DNA of 64,000 nt. It comes from Tricharina praecox. Lineage: Eukaryota. How positions within the stretch are numbered: the first letter of the stretch is position 1; each line of letters starts with the position of its first letter. Positions 51,379 to 64,000 of the stretch are shown in pieces. The notes under the pieces were generated by a model, which did no database searches, was not told where the DNA came from, and saw nothing but the letters and a program-made list of their open reading frames with translations. The stretch lies in the NCBI RefSeq assembly GCF_024521635.1, contig NW_026250419.1, positions 124,001 to 188,000 on the forward strand, given 5' to 3'. The position numbers and the translations under genes are program-made.

Positions 51379-52495
51379 ATGCCAAAGGAACCCAAGCGTA
51401 TGTCCTGTAATATTCCGTGCTTCTTCGATATTTACCGCTCCTTTAAACACTCCAGCTATGCACTGAGCAACCACTAACATACTTTTTTTCCAACAGCCAA
51501 GTCCCCTATTGGAGGACTCACTCCAGTTCTGCCGGCCTCCGTCGAGGAATCGTACCGCCAGAAATGCAAAGAGATTAAGAAGCGCATCGTCGAGATCGAG
51601 AGCTCCAACGACGTGCTCACCTCGCGTATCCAGCGCGCTCGTCGTGCGATCCAACGCATGCGCCTGGAGCGTGCATTCCTGCTCGAGCAACTGGAGAAGC
51701 GCACCGATGCCCGTGTCGACGACTCGGACGGCAGCCCTAGTCCCCCGCCAACTGTACGCCGCCCCCCCCCCCCCCCCCCCCCCATCCCCACAGCTGCGGC
51801 GCGCGCGCGCGCCCACATCACGAGTGACTGGCTGACTGACTGACGTGTTGTGCACACATACAGCCCAGCAACAAGCCCCTGCGCGTCAAGCGTCCCAGGA
51901 AGGATGCTCCCCCTGTCGACTCGCCCATGCGCCAGGCCTCCGAGTCTCCAACTCGCGACAGCGGCGCCCGCGCCGACACCAACTACCCCTTCGTCAACCA
52001 GTCGTTCACGCCGGCCGAGACGGCGCCACCGTACACTCTTCCTACCAGTGCTGCCGCCACCGCTCCGACCAAGCCGCCCAAGGGAGGCGCGACGCGCAGC
52101 TACGGTTACCGCACTCGCGGTGGACCTAAGAGGCCGCCGAATGCGTACATGATGTAGCCACCCCCCACTCCCATCCACCCCCCCACGAGCCGCACTAATC
52201 GGGTTTGGTTTCTAGCTTCTGCGAACGCGAACGTGACGCCGTCCGTGAGCGCGAATCTTTCAAGGACGACTTCGACATGCACAAGGCGCTCGCGCAGGCG
52301 TGGCGCGACCTCAAGCACGAGGGCCAGAGGCCGTATTTCGAGGAGTACGAGAGGAACAAGGCGTCGTACACTGCCAAGGTCAACGAGTTACGCGAGCAGC
52401 CGAGTGATAAGCGTAATGTGCCCGAACCGGAATCTGATGATGGCGCGGGAGGCACCAACGACGACGACGAGGCCGGCGGTCATACTCCGCATTAG
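51379..52495 (+). CDS. NHP10: INO80-complex HMG-box protein (Nhp10-like), 4 exons
   Basis: SVEESYRQKCKEIKKRI...IQRMRLERAFLLEQLEKR coiled coil, then HMG box GPKRPPNAYMI|FCERER...KALAQAWRDL...QRPYFEEYE. Confidence 0.82.
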
Positions 52496-52574
52496 TTGCT
52501 ATGAGCGAACGGACGGACGGACGCGGATGAAATATATACCGCAAATGCTGGGTGTCTTTTTAGAATTGGGTTGT

Positions 52575-52667
52575 GACTGGACTGACTGACTGACTGACTG
52601 ACTGACTGACTTGACTGGACTGGACTGGACTGGACTGGACTGGACTGGTGGTTGGTTGGTTGGTTGG
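52575..52667 (+). repeat. Compound microsatellite (GACT)n-(GGACT)n-(TGGT)n
   Basis: Visible directly in the NHP10 3' region. Confidence 0.9.
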
Positions 52668-53831
52668 TAGGATGGAACTCTGGATCTTTTTTTTCTTTTT
52701 TCTTTTTTCCTTCACGGAAGCTGTTTCCTTTCGATCATCCTCCTCCGGCGAGAGAGAAATGTGGCGGGGGAGAGGGAGGGCGGTTTTCACTACACGGTTT
52801 TTTTTTTTTCTAAAATGGCGTTCTGCTTGCTTCCATTTCTTTCTTTCCTTCCGTCTGTTTCTTCTTTCTTTCGACGTTGTATTGCTACTATCACTTTCTG
52901 CGCGATATTGCTTTCTACCTGCTCTGCTCTGCTCTGCCGTAATGTCTGATGATGATGATGATGCGTCGTATGGTATGGTACGGTATGTATGCTTTCTCGA
53001 TCCCCCCCCCTCCCCCCCCCCCCCCCCCCCCTCCACTCACTCCAAAAACAAATGTCTTCCGCAACACCTCTCCCCTCCCTTCCCCTCCACTCCAAATCAT
53101 GCAAATCATCCACAAAAACAAGACATCTATTTCCAAAAAATCCACAAAAAAGCAACCCGTGTGTCCAGTCCAGATTCCAGACAGCATCTTCATAGAGTAG
53201 CTGCACTCATTCCCCCCTACCTTCCCCTTCCACTTCCACTTCCACTTCCACAATTCTTTACTTATGCGCGTGCTTTCATACAAACATGCAACATGCTTTG
53301 GCCACAGAACTCCGATGCAACTACAAAGAAAATAACAAAAAAAAAACAGAAGAAAAAGAAAAAAGAAAAAACAGGATAGACAGGAATAGCGGCAGAGGGA
53401 GGGGGAGGGGAATAGAGTGGGCATAAATTTCCACTAACAGTGTCAAGAAAAACAATAAACAAAGTGATGAGAAACTGAGAAATGAAAAGGAAACCAAAGA
53501 CAACAAAAACCGACCCCGCAACCAACCAACCCACTAACCAACTGACCAACCAACCAACCCCACAACAAAAACCCTGAACACGAACCAATTCTGGACGCCT
53601 GCCCGTCTTTTTCCAATAAAGCCCCCCTGAATGATATAAAATAGAAGAGGATAATAAAAGAGAGATACCATATAGAAACAAAATGAGATGTCAAAGCATC
53701 ATACTCACATATACCGCTTGGATACCACGCTGCAAACTTATTTCAGTAGGGTGCACCGCTGATCAAGCAATATTCGCAGGGATGGAAAATCAATGCGGGG
53801 GGTGTGTCTTCGACAAATGGTGAACGACGGC

Positions 53832-56099
53832 CTAAGCCTCCATTCCGTAGAGCGCATCGCCCTCATCCATGGCGGTGTCATCGATGATGGTATCGTCCTC
53901 TTGCTCGAAGTCAATATTTGACCGTTCGGATCCCGGACTCGACGAGTGGTAGTATTCGTTGAGTGCTTCTGGTGGCGGCGAGAACGAATAGACCTAGAAT
54001 CATCATAATGGTCAGAAACAAATCCCCACAGCTGTGGACGGAGGGGAACAAACCTCCATGATGGTCTGAGTAGCTCTCATAGCCAAAATTACCGCCTTTT
54101 CGTCTTCAAATGCAACCCTCCAGACGGCCTCAGCAGGACTGGACAACTCCCGAACCAGTGTTCCGGTCCGGAGATCCCAAACCTTGACCCTGCCATCACT
54201 ACCACCACTAACGATGCGGGTCTCGTCGAACTGCAGAGATGTAACGCTGTTGTCGTGTGCTGCAAGGCGGTGCACGCAAGCATTTCTCTCGAGACTCCAG
54301 ACGCGAACCGAACCGTCGGAGCCTCCGGTTACAAGCGTATTTCCGCGCATTTGTAGCTGTCCAACCAGTGAGGTGTGACCCTGCAGGACGGCCAGGCAGT
54401 TTCTAGAGTCGAATCAGTACCGCGCCCCGTCTAAAGGAGAAAAAAGTGCATGCTCACCCAGTGTGGGGATTCCAAACTCTGACCGAAGTGTCTAACGATC
54501 CAGTGGCGATCCGGTCTCCGTCGAATGCAATAGCGTATATCTGACTGAAATGACCCGAAAGGGTTCTCAGGCATGTCCCTTGCGATATGCTCCACACTCG
54601 CGCTGTGGTATCATAACTTCCACTGACGACAAGGTCCCCGTGAATCTCCAGACAACGTACGCTCGCCTGGTGACCGACCAGCACGTTCTTGCAGACGCCC
54701 TTTTCGATGTCCCAGATGCGGAGGGTGGTATCCCGGGAACCAGAGATTGCGGTTTTGTAGTCACTCATCTTGAGGCATCGAACGGTCGATGTGTGACCAC
54801 GGAGGATGTTTTTGCATTCACTGAAGTCCAAACACGATTAGCACGCGTAAACCACCACCACAACTACCATCAATAATCACAACGTGTAACATACCCAGTC
54901 TCCATATCCCATACGCGAACGTCCCTGTCACAGCCACCACTGACCAACGTCTTTCCCCACGGAACCATAGCCCACACACCCATCACGTGCCCAGTCAGAG
55001 TCTTCAAGCTTTGACCATCTGCGTCGAAGACATGTATCCGTGCGTTGTCCAGAGCGATGACGATGTAATCGGGTGTAAGATGAAGAGACGTGACAACACC
55101 CTGATCAGGAGTAATTTGCCTCGCGATCGCCTTTCCACCGGTCCTCCATGCAGTTTCAACCATGTACCTCTGCTTGAAGTGCGATTTGTAGGACGTCGCT
55201 TTCGGTCTGAGTCTTTTGTTTTGAGCGTTGTATTGCGGGGCGATCTCCGAGATAAAGCCCGAATTGTTGACGTTTACGGCCGAGAACGTTGGTTCTCTCG
55301 GGAACGCCGGGCCTGCATTATTAAGATAGGCGTCGTTCTGGTTACTCGAATAGGACGGGCCCAAAGATGTGGAGCTGCTGAGTCGTCTGTAGCTGTGTTT
55401 CTCGCAAAGCTTCTTCCAGGTAAGGTCGTCGCTTAGCAAGCCGTGCCACTGTTTCGACACTTGGGAGGCTCTCGCCAGAGTTTTCGGATCATCTATGAAA
55501 GAGAGAACCTACACCACCACCGCCGTGAGCTTAGCGAATCTGACATACAGCGGAGTAATGGCGGGGGGAAGGGGGGACAAGGACGGGGAGCGAAGGGCGG
55601 CGGCGGCGGCAAGGGAGGCGCGTACTCGAAGACATAATTCATTAGGCAACGTCTTGAAGGGATCTTTCTTGAGCCGTGGCGAGACGTAGTTGAGCACAAA
55701 ACTGAGCTGCTGCGAGTCGCAGAGATTCAAGATCTCTGCCAAAAACCGCTGCCTCTCCTGCGAGTCAAGCTTGCTGAAATGAGGTCGCGCATCTCTCAGA
55801 AAAGTATCTTCGTTCTCATTCGCGGTCGACCAGGTCGGTAACCGATGGATCTGGGGGGTAGGCGATGGTGCGGGAGTAGGAGGGCTCGCGGGAGCCGAAG
55901 GCAAAAGGTTCTGATGCGACGGAGCCATAGTTCGCGGAGCGGGTAGGGGCCGTGGATGCGACGTCGCTATGGGGTCCTGTGGTCGCGAAACCGCCGAAAG
56001 CGGACTTGGGCGGGCATGCATTCTGTCGAGGTCGCTACTGTTCACGCTCTGTCGGGGGGTCCCAAAGTCAAGAGGAAGTCTGTAGTCTCCCTCTTCCAT
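53832..56099 (-). CDS. F-box/WD40 SCF substrate receptor (Cdc4/Fbw7-like family), 5 exons; start uncertain
   Basis: Dimerisation helix FLAEILNLCDSQQLSFV, F-box DPFKTLPNELCLR|VLSFIDDPKTLARASQVSKQW, and WD repeats GHVMGVWAM, GHTSTVRCL, GHQASVRCL, GHFSQIYAI, GHTSLVGQL and AHDNSVTSL. Confidence 0.9.
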
Positions 56100-59000
56100 A
56101 ATCAAATGGCTTTTTGGCTGTAGGTTTGTGGAGAGTCGATCGCCTGCTCGGAGGGAGATAAGAAGGCAAGGCAGCGACGAGGACGAAGGCGACGGCGGCG
56201 GGCGGTAGTGAGGGGGAAGGGGGGAGGGGGTTGATGACGACTGGGGGGTATTAATTTTTCGAGCAACTGAGCGGGATGCAAGCAAACGGAAGAGTTGTCT
56301 CGAGGTACAGGTGTAGGTATATAGTGTTCTTATGTACTCTAGGAGGACCGCCAGAAGCGAATGTCAGCCGCAGTATTTTTGCGTGAAGGACTCGATTTTG
56401 TCGCCCCGTGGGCAGGGCGTGTGGTGGGTGAGTGTGTGTGTGTGGGGGGGGGGGGGGGGAGGGGGTGTAGGGTGAATTTGGCTGGCGAGCGGATGCGACG
56501 AGTGATGCGGGTGGGTGCGTGGGTTGGATGTGATGGTGATGGGTGGATGGATGTGGGTTGGTGGTGGTTATGGTTGTGGTGGTGGTGGAAGATGGGCAGA
56601 GGATGCGGTCGGGGTTGGGCGATGGCAAAACGTGATGGCGACTATCTAAGTACCAGCTGGCGGGGAGGGGAGTGAGTGCTTGAAGAGAAGCTTCAGAGGG
56701 CTTGGATTCAAATGCGGCTTTGCTCGTGGGCAGAGAAAGGTGCTGCTGCTTCCAACCAGACGTGACGGAATTCCAGCAATAACTACGTCCTCTGCACGGG
56801 GGAGAAAGGGCGGGAGGCGTATATATCAGCATGAGGTCACACCATCACGCGTAGATACCATCATTGTCTCTTCATTGCTCTGCTTGCCACATCAGAACTG
56901 CTTCTTCACGTCCTTAGAGCGAGATGACAGTAATGCCGGTAATGGACAGCCGTGGATGCAAGGCCGGTTGTCCACTCTACGGTCCCTACGCAATAAAGAC
57001 CGGCTAGCCTATGAGACGGAAGAAGCTCGTCAGAAAAGGTTTCGCCTGGAGAATCCGAGCGGGAGAGAACCCCTCTCCGAGGGTATCTACCGGCCACAAC
57101 TATCGTCCTGGCCCTTGGCACCGCGCTGAATTTTTGCGGGTGCCCGCCCGGTTCTATGGCCAGCCGCGCGTTAACTACTTGGTTGAAGCGGCGGTACTAG
57201 AGCGGAGTATAAGTAGGTTCTATGGAGAGCGAGCTCCTGTGAGCCTATGTCGAGCGTCCGATCTACTCTAACGGTGTCTTGCAGACTTTTCGGAGCCGTC
57301 CTGCGGCCGGTCGGTCGGTCTAGATACAGAGTTTTCGTTCCGCTACATACCGGTATGTATGGTATAGTACCGTAGATGATGGGCAGCTCATATCCGTGCA
57401 TGCCAGAGGTCCATGAATTCACGCATGATTCTGGCCCCCCCAGCCGCTGGAGGCGGCGAGCTCTCGGCTCCAACCATGTCCACGGATCGGACACACGCCA
57501 ATCACCGCTTGACTCTCCCTTCCCTTCCCTTCCCTTTCCTCCGATCACCGCCGCCGCCCCTGACACCTGTCGCCGTGCCATCCCTTACTGATCCTCTGCT
57601 GTGATAGCTAGCTGCCACTTCTTCTGGCTGCTGAGGATTCCTGGCAACCCCTCTGCTCCATCCTACTGGACATTGGGCGAGCCACCGCTGCGGTTCTCAG
57701 GGGCCAAGCGAAATGCTCCCCTTTCCTGGTGACTGCTGGGTGGTAGTTACAGCTAGGAACATAACGTGATGGTCATTCCTATCATACCAGACATACCAAC
57801 CATCGGCGGAGACCAGGCACACAAGGGGCTCCGAGGGGCTTCAGCCTATCGATCGTGCCTGCCGCCCATGCAGGACAACCTTCTCGACAAGAACGACTGG
57901 AAGATCATAGGTGGAGCAGGCACTACTACTAGTACATAGTATTGTGGCAGGGCAATACGGTATGCTGGGACCCACATGGCGGACGCAGGTTCATGGCGAG
58001 ATGCGCATCAGGCGCCAGTATGTATCTATGTACTCTGGTACCTGAGGTAAGGCATTGTACCACAGAGGGACGCTATGTGTATGTCTTTCCTGAGGCCTTG
58101 AAGATGTCTGAAACGGATTCCTTTAGATACATCTCATATCACTTCTACGATCCGGCAACGGCCTTGTTGTAATATCGAGTCATTCGTTGCGTAGTCGTTG
58201 CGTATGTAGGCGGTTACTTGGTCATGACGACGGCAGGGGGCACTAGCCACCTATCAACCTTCTTGTCTGTCCTCTCGAGGCCTTCAGACTTTTTCAATAT
58301 TCATTCACACTTTTCCAACAGGCATATCGCAAGAGCTCGTCCCTCCCAAATCCGAACTCGAGACAGAAAGCCATGCGATCTTGAAGAAGCCGGAGAAGTA
58401 TATAAACCTTCTCTCACCAGCGGGCATTGTATGTATCATACTTCCTAACCTCCAGCATAGCGGGAAGGGTTGCAAAGTCAGGATTCACGCCCAGGCAAGA
58501 TATGTACATACTGCGAGGGCAGGACCTCGACACAGGTGCTGTTCCAACGTCCAACTCCTTTGTTCTATACTCCTCACTTCGATGCCCGCGTAAAGCACCC
58601 CGCACGCCCTACACCGGGCCACGTGAGATCCTTTTAATCCACGCCCGCTAAGCATATTTATGCTTTACGGCGGCGGCTATCCCGCCTCCAGTCCGCGGAG
58701 TGCCTGAATACAAACCTACCATGCAAAAGATACTTCCGCCCATCGTGGCTTGCAAGCCGACACTTTAAACGCGCCTATATATACTTCCGCCCCAGCTCCA
58801 GCCGGCTGCAACCGGAGCACGTGGGATGATCTAATCTCGTCATCATATCATACTCTACATACCAGCCGAGTGATTTGAAAGCCGAAACCTCCTTGAAATC
58901 TTCCAGCAGTGTCATGGGGCCAGAGCTTGTCTGGGCAGTCTTGGATCAGCACGCGATTCAAAGTGTATTTACATAGGAACTCACTCGCATCCATTTCCCC

Positions 59001-59661
59001 GTGGAGCCACCACGCGGAACGGGAGAATGCCGATGACCCGTGCATTGTTCATGCAGGGCAACGCCAGCTGCTGTCACTGGGAGGAATGGTGGTACATTAT
59101 GTACTGGTACCTGTGATACGTAGATGAGGAGGTGAGGAGTTGAGGAGACCTGTCTTTTCGCCCGGCGCAAATGTCAAGGCCGTTTTGGAAATACTTTCCG
59201 TATGTGTTTTGCAATGGTGTTTGGACAGTCCTCAGATCGACTGGCTTCGTTCTCCGCGCAGTGTGGGGCTGCAAGGCGGCGTGTCGGCAACAAGGCGGGG
59301 AGAATGTAGAGTACTGGTATGTAGAGTGTCTTTCGATGATGGTCGCCTGTGAACATGGATACCACATGACACCGATGGAGAGCCTCGGCAGAACAAGGAT
59401 GTGTACTATACACTGCCAGCTTGTGGGGAATACCGCGACGCAACTCGAGCTCTCGCCGGAGGAATGTATGTACTTAAGACGGCAACAGCCTTCCGAACCA
59501 CCTTTCTACGTCCTACCTCTGCTGCTGCTACTTCAAAACAAACCCCCCTCCCCTCTCTTCCTCTATATACTCCCTCCCCGTGACGTAAACTCCTCTCATC
59601 ATCCCCCATTCACATCCACAACAACCGCCATCACCACCGCAACTGTAAATACATCACTAAG

Positions 59662-60839
<1,178 letters not shown>

Positions 60840-60882
60840 AATATTATAGACACGCGTTTGGAAAGACGGTAAAACGGGCGTT

Positions 60883-61027
60883 GGTCGTTTGATTGAGGGA
60901 TACCCTTGTGAGAAGGTTTTTGTCTTTCTCTCTCTTTGTTTTTTTTATTACGGCCGTTGATTGAGGGATGCCCTTGTGAGAAGGCTTTTGTCTTTCTCTC
61001 TCTTTTTTTTTTTTGTCACGGCCGTTT
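60883..61027 (+). repeat. Tandem duplication of about 68 bp (2 copies)
   Basis: gattgagggat(a/g)cccttgtgagaagg(t/c)ttttgtctttctctctcttt...acggccgtt occurs at about 60891 and about 60959. Confidence 0.9.
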
Positions 61028-61533
61028 TTATTGTTGTTTATTGTACATTAGTTATTACACGACCCGCGGCAAGGAGACCTTTGGCTCCGAATTTTGATAT
61101 GTATTACATAGAGTATCCAACTTTTACCTATTTCGCAATCGCAAGAGAGATGTGACCGGTGGAAAAAAACTATGTAGTGAGTGTCGTAGTAGCCGCGCAC
61201 TTCATTTGTGAGTAGAAACGGATGGGAAAAGTTCTCGGAGCACACCACCACAATTCTCAGATAGAAATTCAAATCATGGGCCTTCAATTCCCGGCCACCT
61301 TCTAAGCTCACACGTAGACATGCCTACAATCAACCCCCAAAGAAATAAACTCCTCCCAAACAACAAGAAAATTACGCTTCACGTTGATGTTTTTTTTGTG
61401 AAACGGAAGACATCATACAGGATCAATCAACGCCTTAAAGTAAAGAAAAGGGATTAAACAGGCGAAAAGACCAAACTCGACATTAGGATGATGGGGTGTC
61501 GGGGGATGATGGGATGAGGGACGATAGGTAGAT

Positions 61534-63187
61534 CTAGCTGGCAGCCATGAGATCAACCACGACGTTGATTACCGCCACCAGGATTTCTGCTGCAATGAGG
61601 ATGATAACGATCCACTCCAAGTGCTCACCCTGGGAGTGCGACATTTGCTCTTTGAGCATTTGGAGCTGGCGGATGGTTAGTGAGTGGGAGGAAAGGGTTG
61701 GAGAGGAAGGGGACTCACCAAGTCGCCTATCACGTCCAGCCTTTGATTCAGCAGCGAGAGACGCTGGTTGATTTCCAGATAGCTTCTGGCTGCTTGGTAG
61801 ACGGGTTCGAGTTGGGGTTCCTGAGGCAAAACAATCAGATTCGATGCAAACGCGGAGAAGGAGGTAGGAGGATAGGGCGACGTACAGCCCACATCAGTTC
61901 TGGGCTGTCCAGAACACTGCCTTGCAAGTTGATGTTTATCCTAAGGATAAACAGCTCGCCGATGTGCTTCATGATGTCTCGACGACTCATTTTTACTTTG
62001 CCGGACGTGGCTATATCGGCGGGAATAGACTTTGTGTCTTCGATCGTATTGTCAACCAGGTCTTCGAATAGAGATATCTTTTGTATGTGAGCAAACCGAA
62101 ACCAGGGAACGAGATGGAGAAGCGAACACACCTTCACCGACTGGGCAATCGCATGACTGATGCTCAATTTCACCATGTAATTCCTTCCATCCTTAAGGGT
62201 GATGAAATCATTGTATATCCTTGGCTGATATGAGGAGGTGACATAAAAATTGAAGTTCTCGACTTGAACATCATCCTCCCCCAATTTCTCCGTCTCGAAC
62301 TTGGCAATATCTCTGAGGAACCGACTCTCCTCCTCCACGCTCATGCCCCAGATCACGACAACTCCGTACTGGAACAAGAAAACGTCCGACGAGCTGATGG
62401 CGCGGTTCTGCTGTTCTACAAAGTGATACAAGCTGCGATCATCTCTTACGTCATCGGTCTCACCGGGATGCTGCTGTTCGCTCTCCGCGGGCGTCGGCAT
62501 ATTCTTTGCGACGTCCTGCTCGTGCAGGTTGATGAGATCCTCGATCTGCGGCGTCAACGCGGCCTGCTTGCTGAACGAGTACGAAAACGGCGTGAAGATG
62601 CATTCGTCGAATTTCCTGGGCGCAGAGCCCCGGGTCGATGCGCGCGCCTTCAGGAACTTCATCAGCCCGTCGAGGTCGTAGGAGTTTGCGGTGGCGTACG
62701 CAGTCACTCGGGGGAGCTGCGCTCGCTCGGCTTTTCCGAGACGCTCGGCATCGCGCCGCGCTGTGCTGTCCTTGATGCGCGTAACTGTTGGGAGCGAACG
62801 GCCGGTCAGCACGGTTTTTCTTGCCGGAACCAGATGGTTTCAGGGGTCGAAGTGAAAGAGGAAGATGGAAAGCCTGCACGAACCTTGCGAGTAAACATCC
62901 CTCCCGGACTCTTCATCTTGATCCGCGGGCGACGGTAATATCTTCAGCTTCTGCGAAACCTTCGACGTCCTCTGAGGTCCGATTTTCGTCTGCACGTGCG
63001 GGATCGGGCCTCCACGAGCTATAGAGTTCCTCCTCTTAGCTGCCCCCGCTCTGGGTACGTTCGCGGGTGTTGATGTGGTAGGGGAAACATCGCCATCTGC
63101 TGCGCTGCCGGACTGACGAGGAGGTGTGACGGATGCCGAAAGTGGGGACGTCGACGTGCTGAACGGTGCCGACGATGTGGTCGCCAT
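61534..63187 (-). CDS. RMD1: Rmd1/Sif2 (DUF155) sporulation protein, 5 exons
   Basis: KIGPQRTSKVSQKLKILP, LPRVTAYATANSY, VFLFQYGVVVIWGM, YQPRIYNDFITL, LSISHAIAQSVK|ISLFE, GSVLDSPELMW, RSYLEINQRLSLLNQRL and LEWIVIILIAAEI. Confidence 0.93.
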
Positions 63188-63802
63188 GCTGTCTTAGATA
63201 TTGCAGGTGGGTGTCGGCGCGATCAATTAGAGGACAAGATTGTGACCGGGTGTAGAACAATGAATGACTTGGAGAAGTGTGTGTTGCTATTCAAAAGCGC
63301 AACAATGAGTTATGCAACTACCCCAGAAGTGCGACTTGGATCTTAGCTGCCAGCGGCAGCACGCTGGGCGCTAACCGACCGGGTCGGATTTGCGCGCTAG
63401 CACAGCAATGAACGCATCGCTCGGCCACACGTGGACATGCACGTCAACCTCTGTGAGGTTTGCACCGATTTCCAGTTACTCTACCACCGGTATATATTAC
63501 AGAGCCCTCACGATCTTGAGGGCGAGTGATAATGGTGGAGGTGTTTATTTCAACATCAAATCACCACATAGTCTTACGATGTTGAAACAATCACTACGAG
63601 TTTATGTCCAGCCATGTTCGGAGTATCAAGAAAGAGAATATTTTTTTCGCCTAAACCCCTAAAAATAACCACAAGAAAATAAAAGAGAAAAAGGTAGAGG
63701 TAGAAGAGCTACAGCAGTTCGAAATGGAAATGGGGATGATGATGACGATGCGAGCAGGGCTGACAAACAGAAAAGCAACACATTATTCGAACAAAGCTAA
63801 AG

Positions 63803-63986
63803 TTACCGTCTGGATGGTCCAGTTGCACTCTGCATCTCTCCGTAGCGTCCTCTCTCCTTCGTCGTATCGTAAGCATTAAGCAGTCGTGTGGCACCCTCAT
63901 CGGCCTGCGAGAACGCGTATCCGCGTTGCTTGCGCATTCTTTGCACTTGTCGGACCTTTCTAATTGCCTTTTGGAATTGCTCCATC
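63803..63986 (-). CDS. DRS2: Last exon of P4-ATPase phospholipid flippase Drs2
   Basis: MEQFQKAIRKVRQVQRMRKQRGYAFSQ is the Drs2 C-terminal tail. Acceptor TAG at 63989-63987; the rest of the gene is outside the window. Confidence 0.9.
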
Positions 63987-64000
63987 CTAGAAAAGGGGAA

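Noticed and set aside
52150..52216. Apparent premature TAG in the NHP10 HMG box (candidate A-to-I stop correction)
   Set aside because: Explained by an intron GTAGCC...CTAAT...TTCTAG that restores NAYMI|FCERE.
52500..53700. Several 130-240 aa ORFs between NHP10 and the F-box gene
   Set aside because: They are translations of low-complexity 3' UTR sequence (poly-F/K/P/G from microsatellites and homopolymers).

Overview
This is a gene-dense, intron-rich stretch of a filamentous ascomycete chromosome (Pezizomycotina; Pezizomycetes is a guess from sequence style). It holds about 21 conserved spliced genes: PRP4 (partial), ATP synthase subunit e, dynein intermediate chain, EMC3, STT3, CSN8, YOS9, PTC7, FBA1, SLA1, a conserved hypothetical, AMP deaminase, neurochondrin-like, OMA1, a RING-PH-vWA (Far1/Ste5-like) protein, a Bem2-like RasGEF/RhoGAP, NHP10, an F-box/WD40 protein, nitronate monooxygenase, RMD1 and DRS2 (last exon). 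Exon boundaries were traced by hand from GT/GC-AG sites and reading frames. I saw no secondary-metabolite cluster, defence island, tRNA or rRNA, and I cannot support a wholly new multi-gene system. The most notable observations are: (1) a 4-bp duplication that frameshifts the RING-PH-vWA gene just before its vWA domain; (2) a 429-bp PIF/Harbinger-type MITE between STT3 and EMC3; (3) two consecutive GC-AG introns in AMP deaminase; (4) a 7-nt micro-exon carrying a catalytic Asp in PTC7; (5) a Helitron-like 3' end next to OMA1; and (6) GTAC-enriched intergenic patches.
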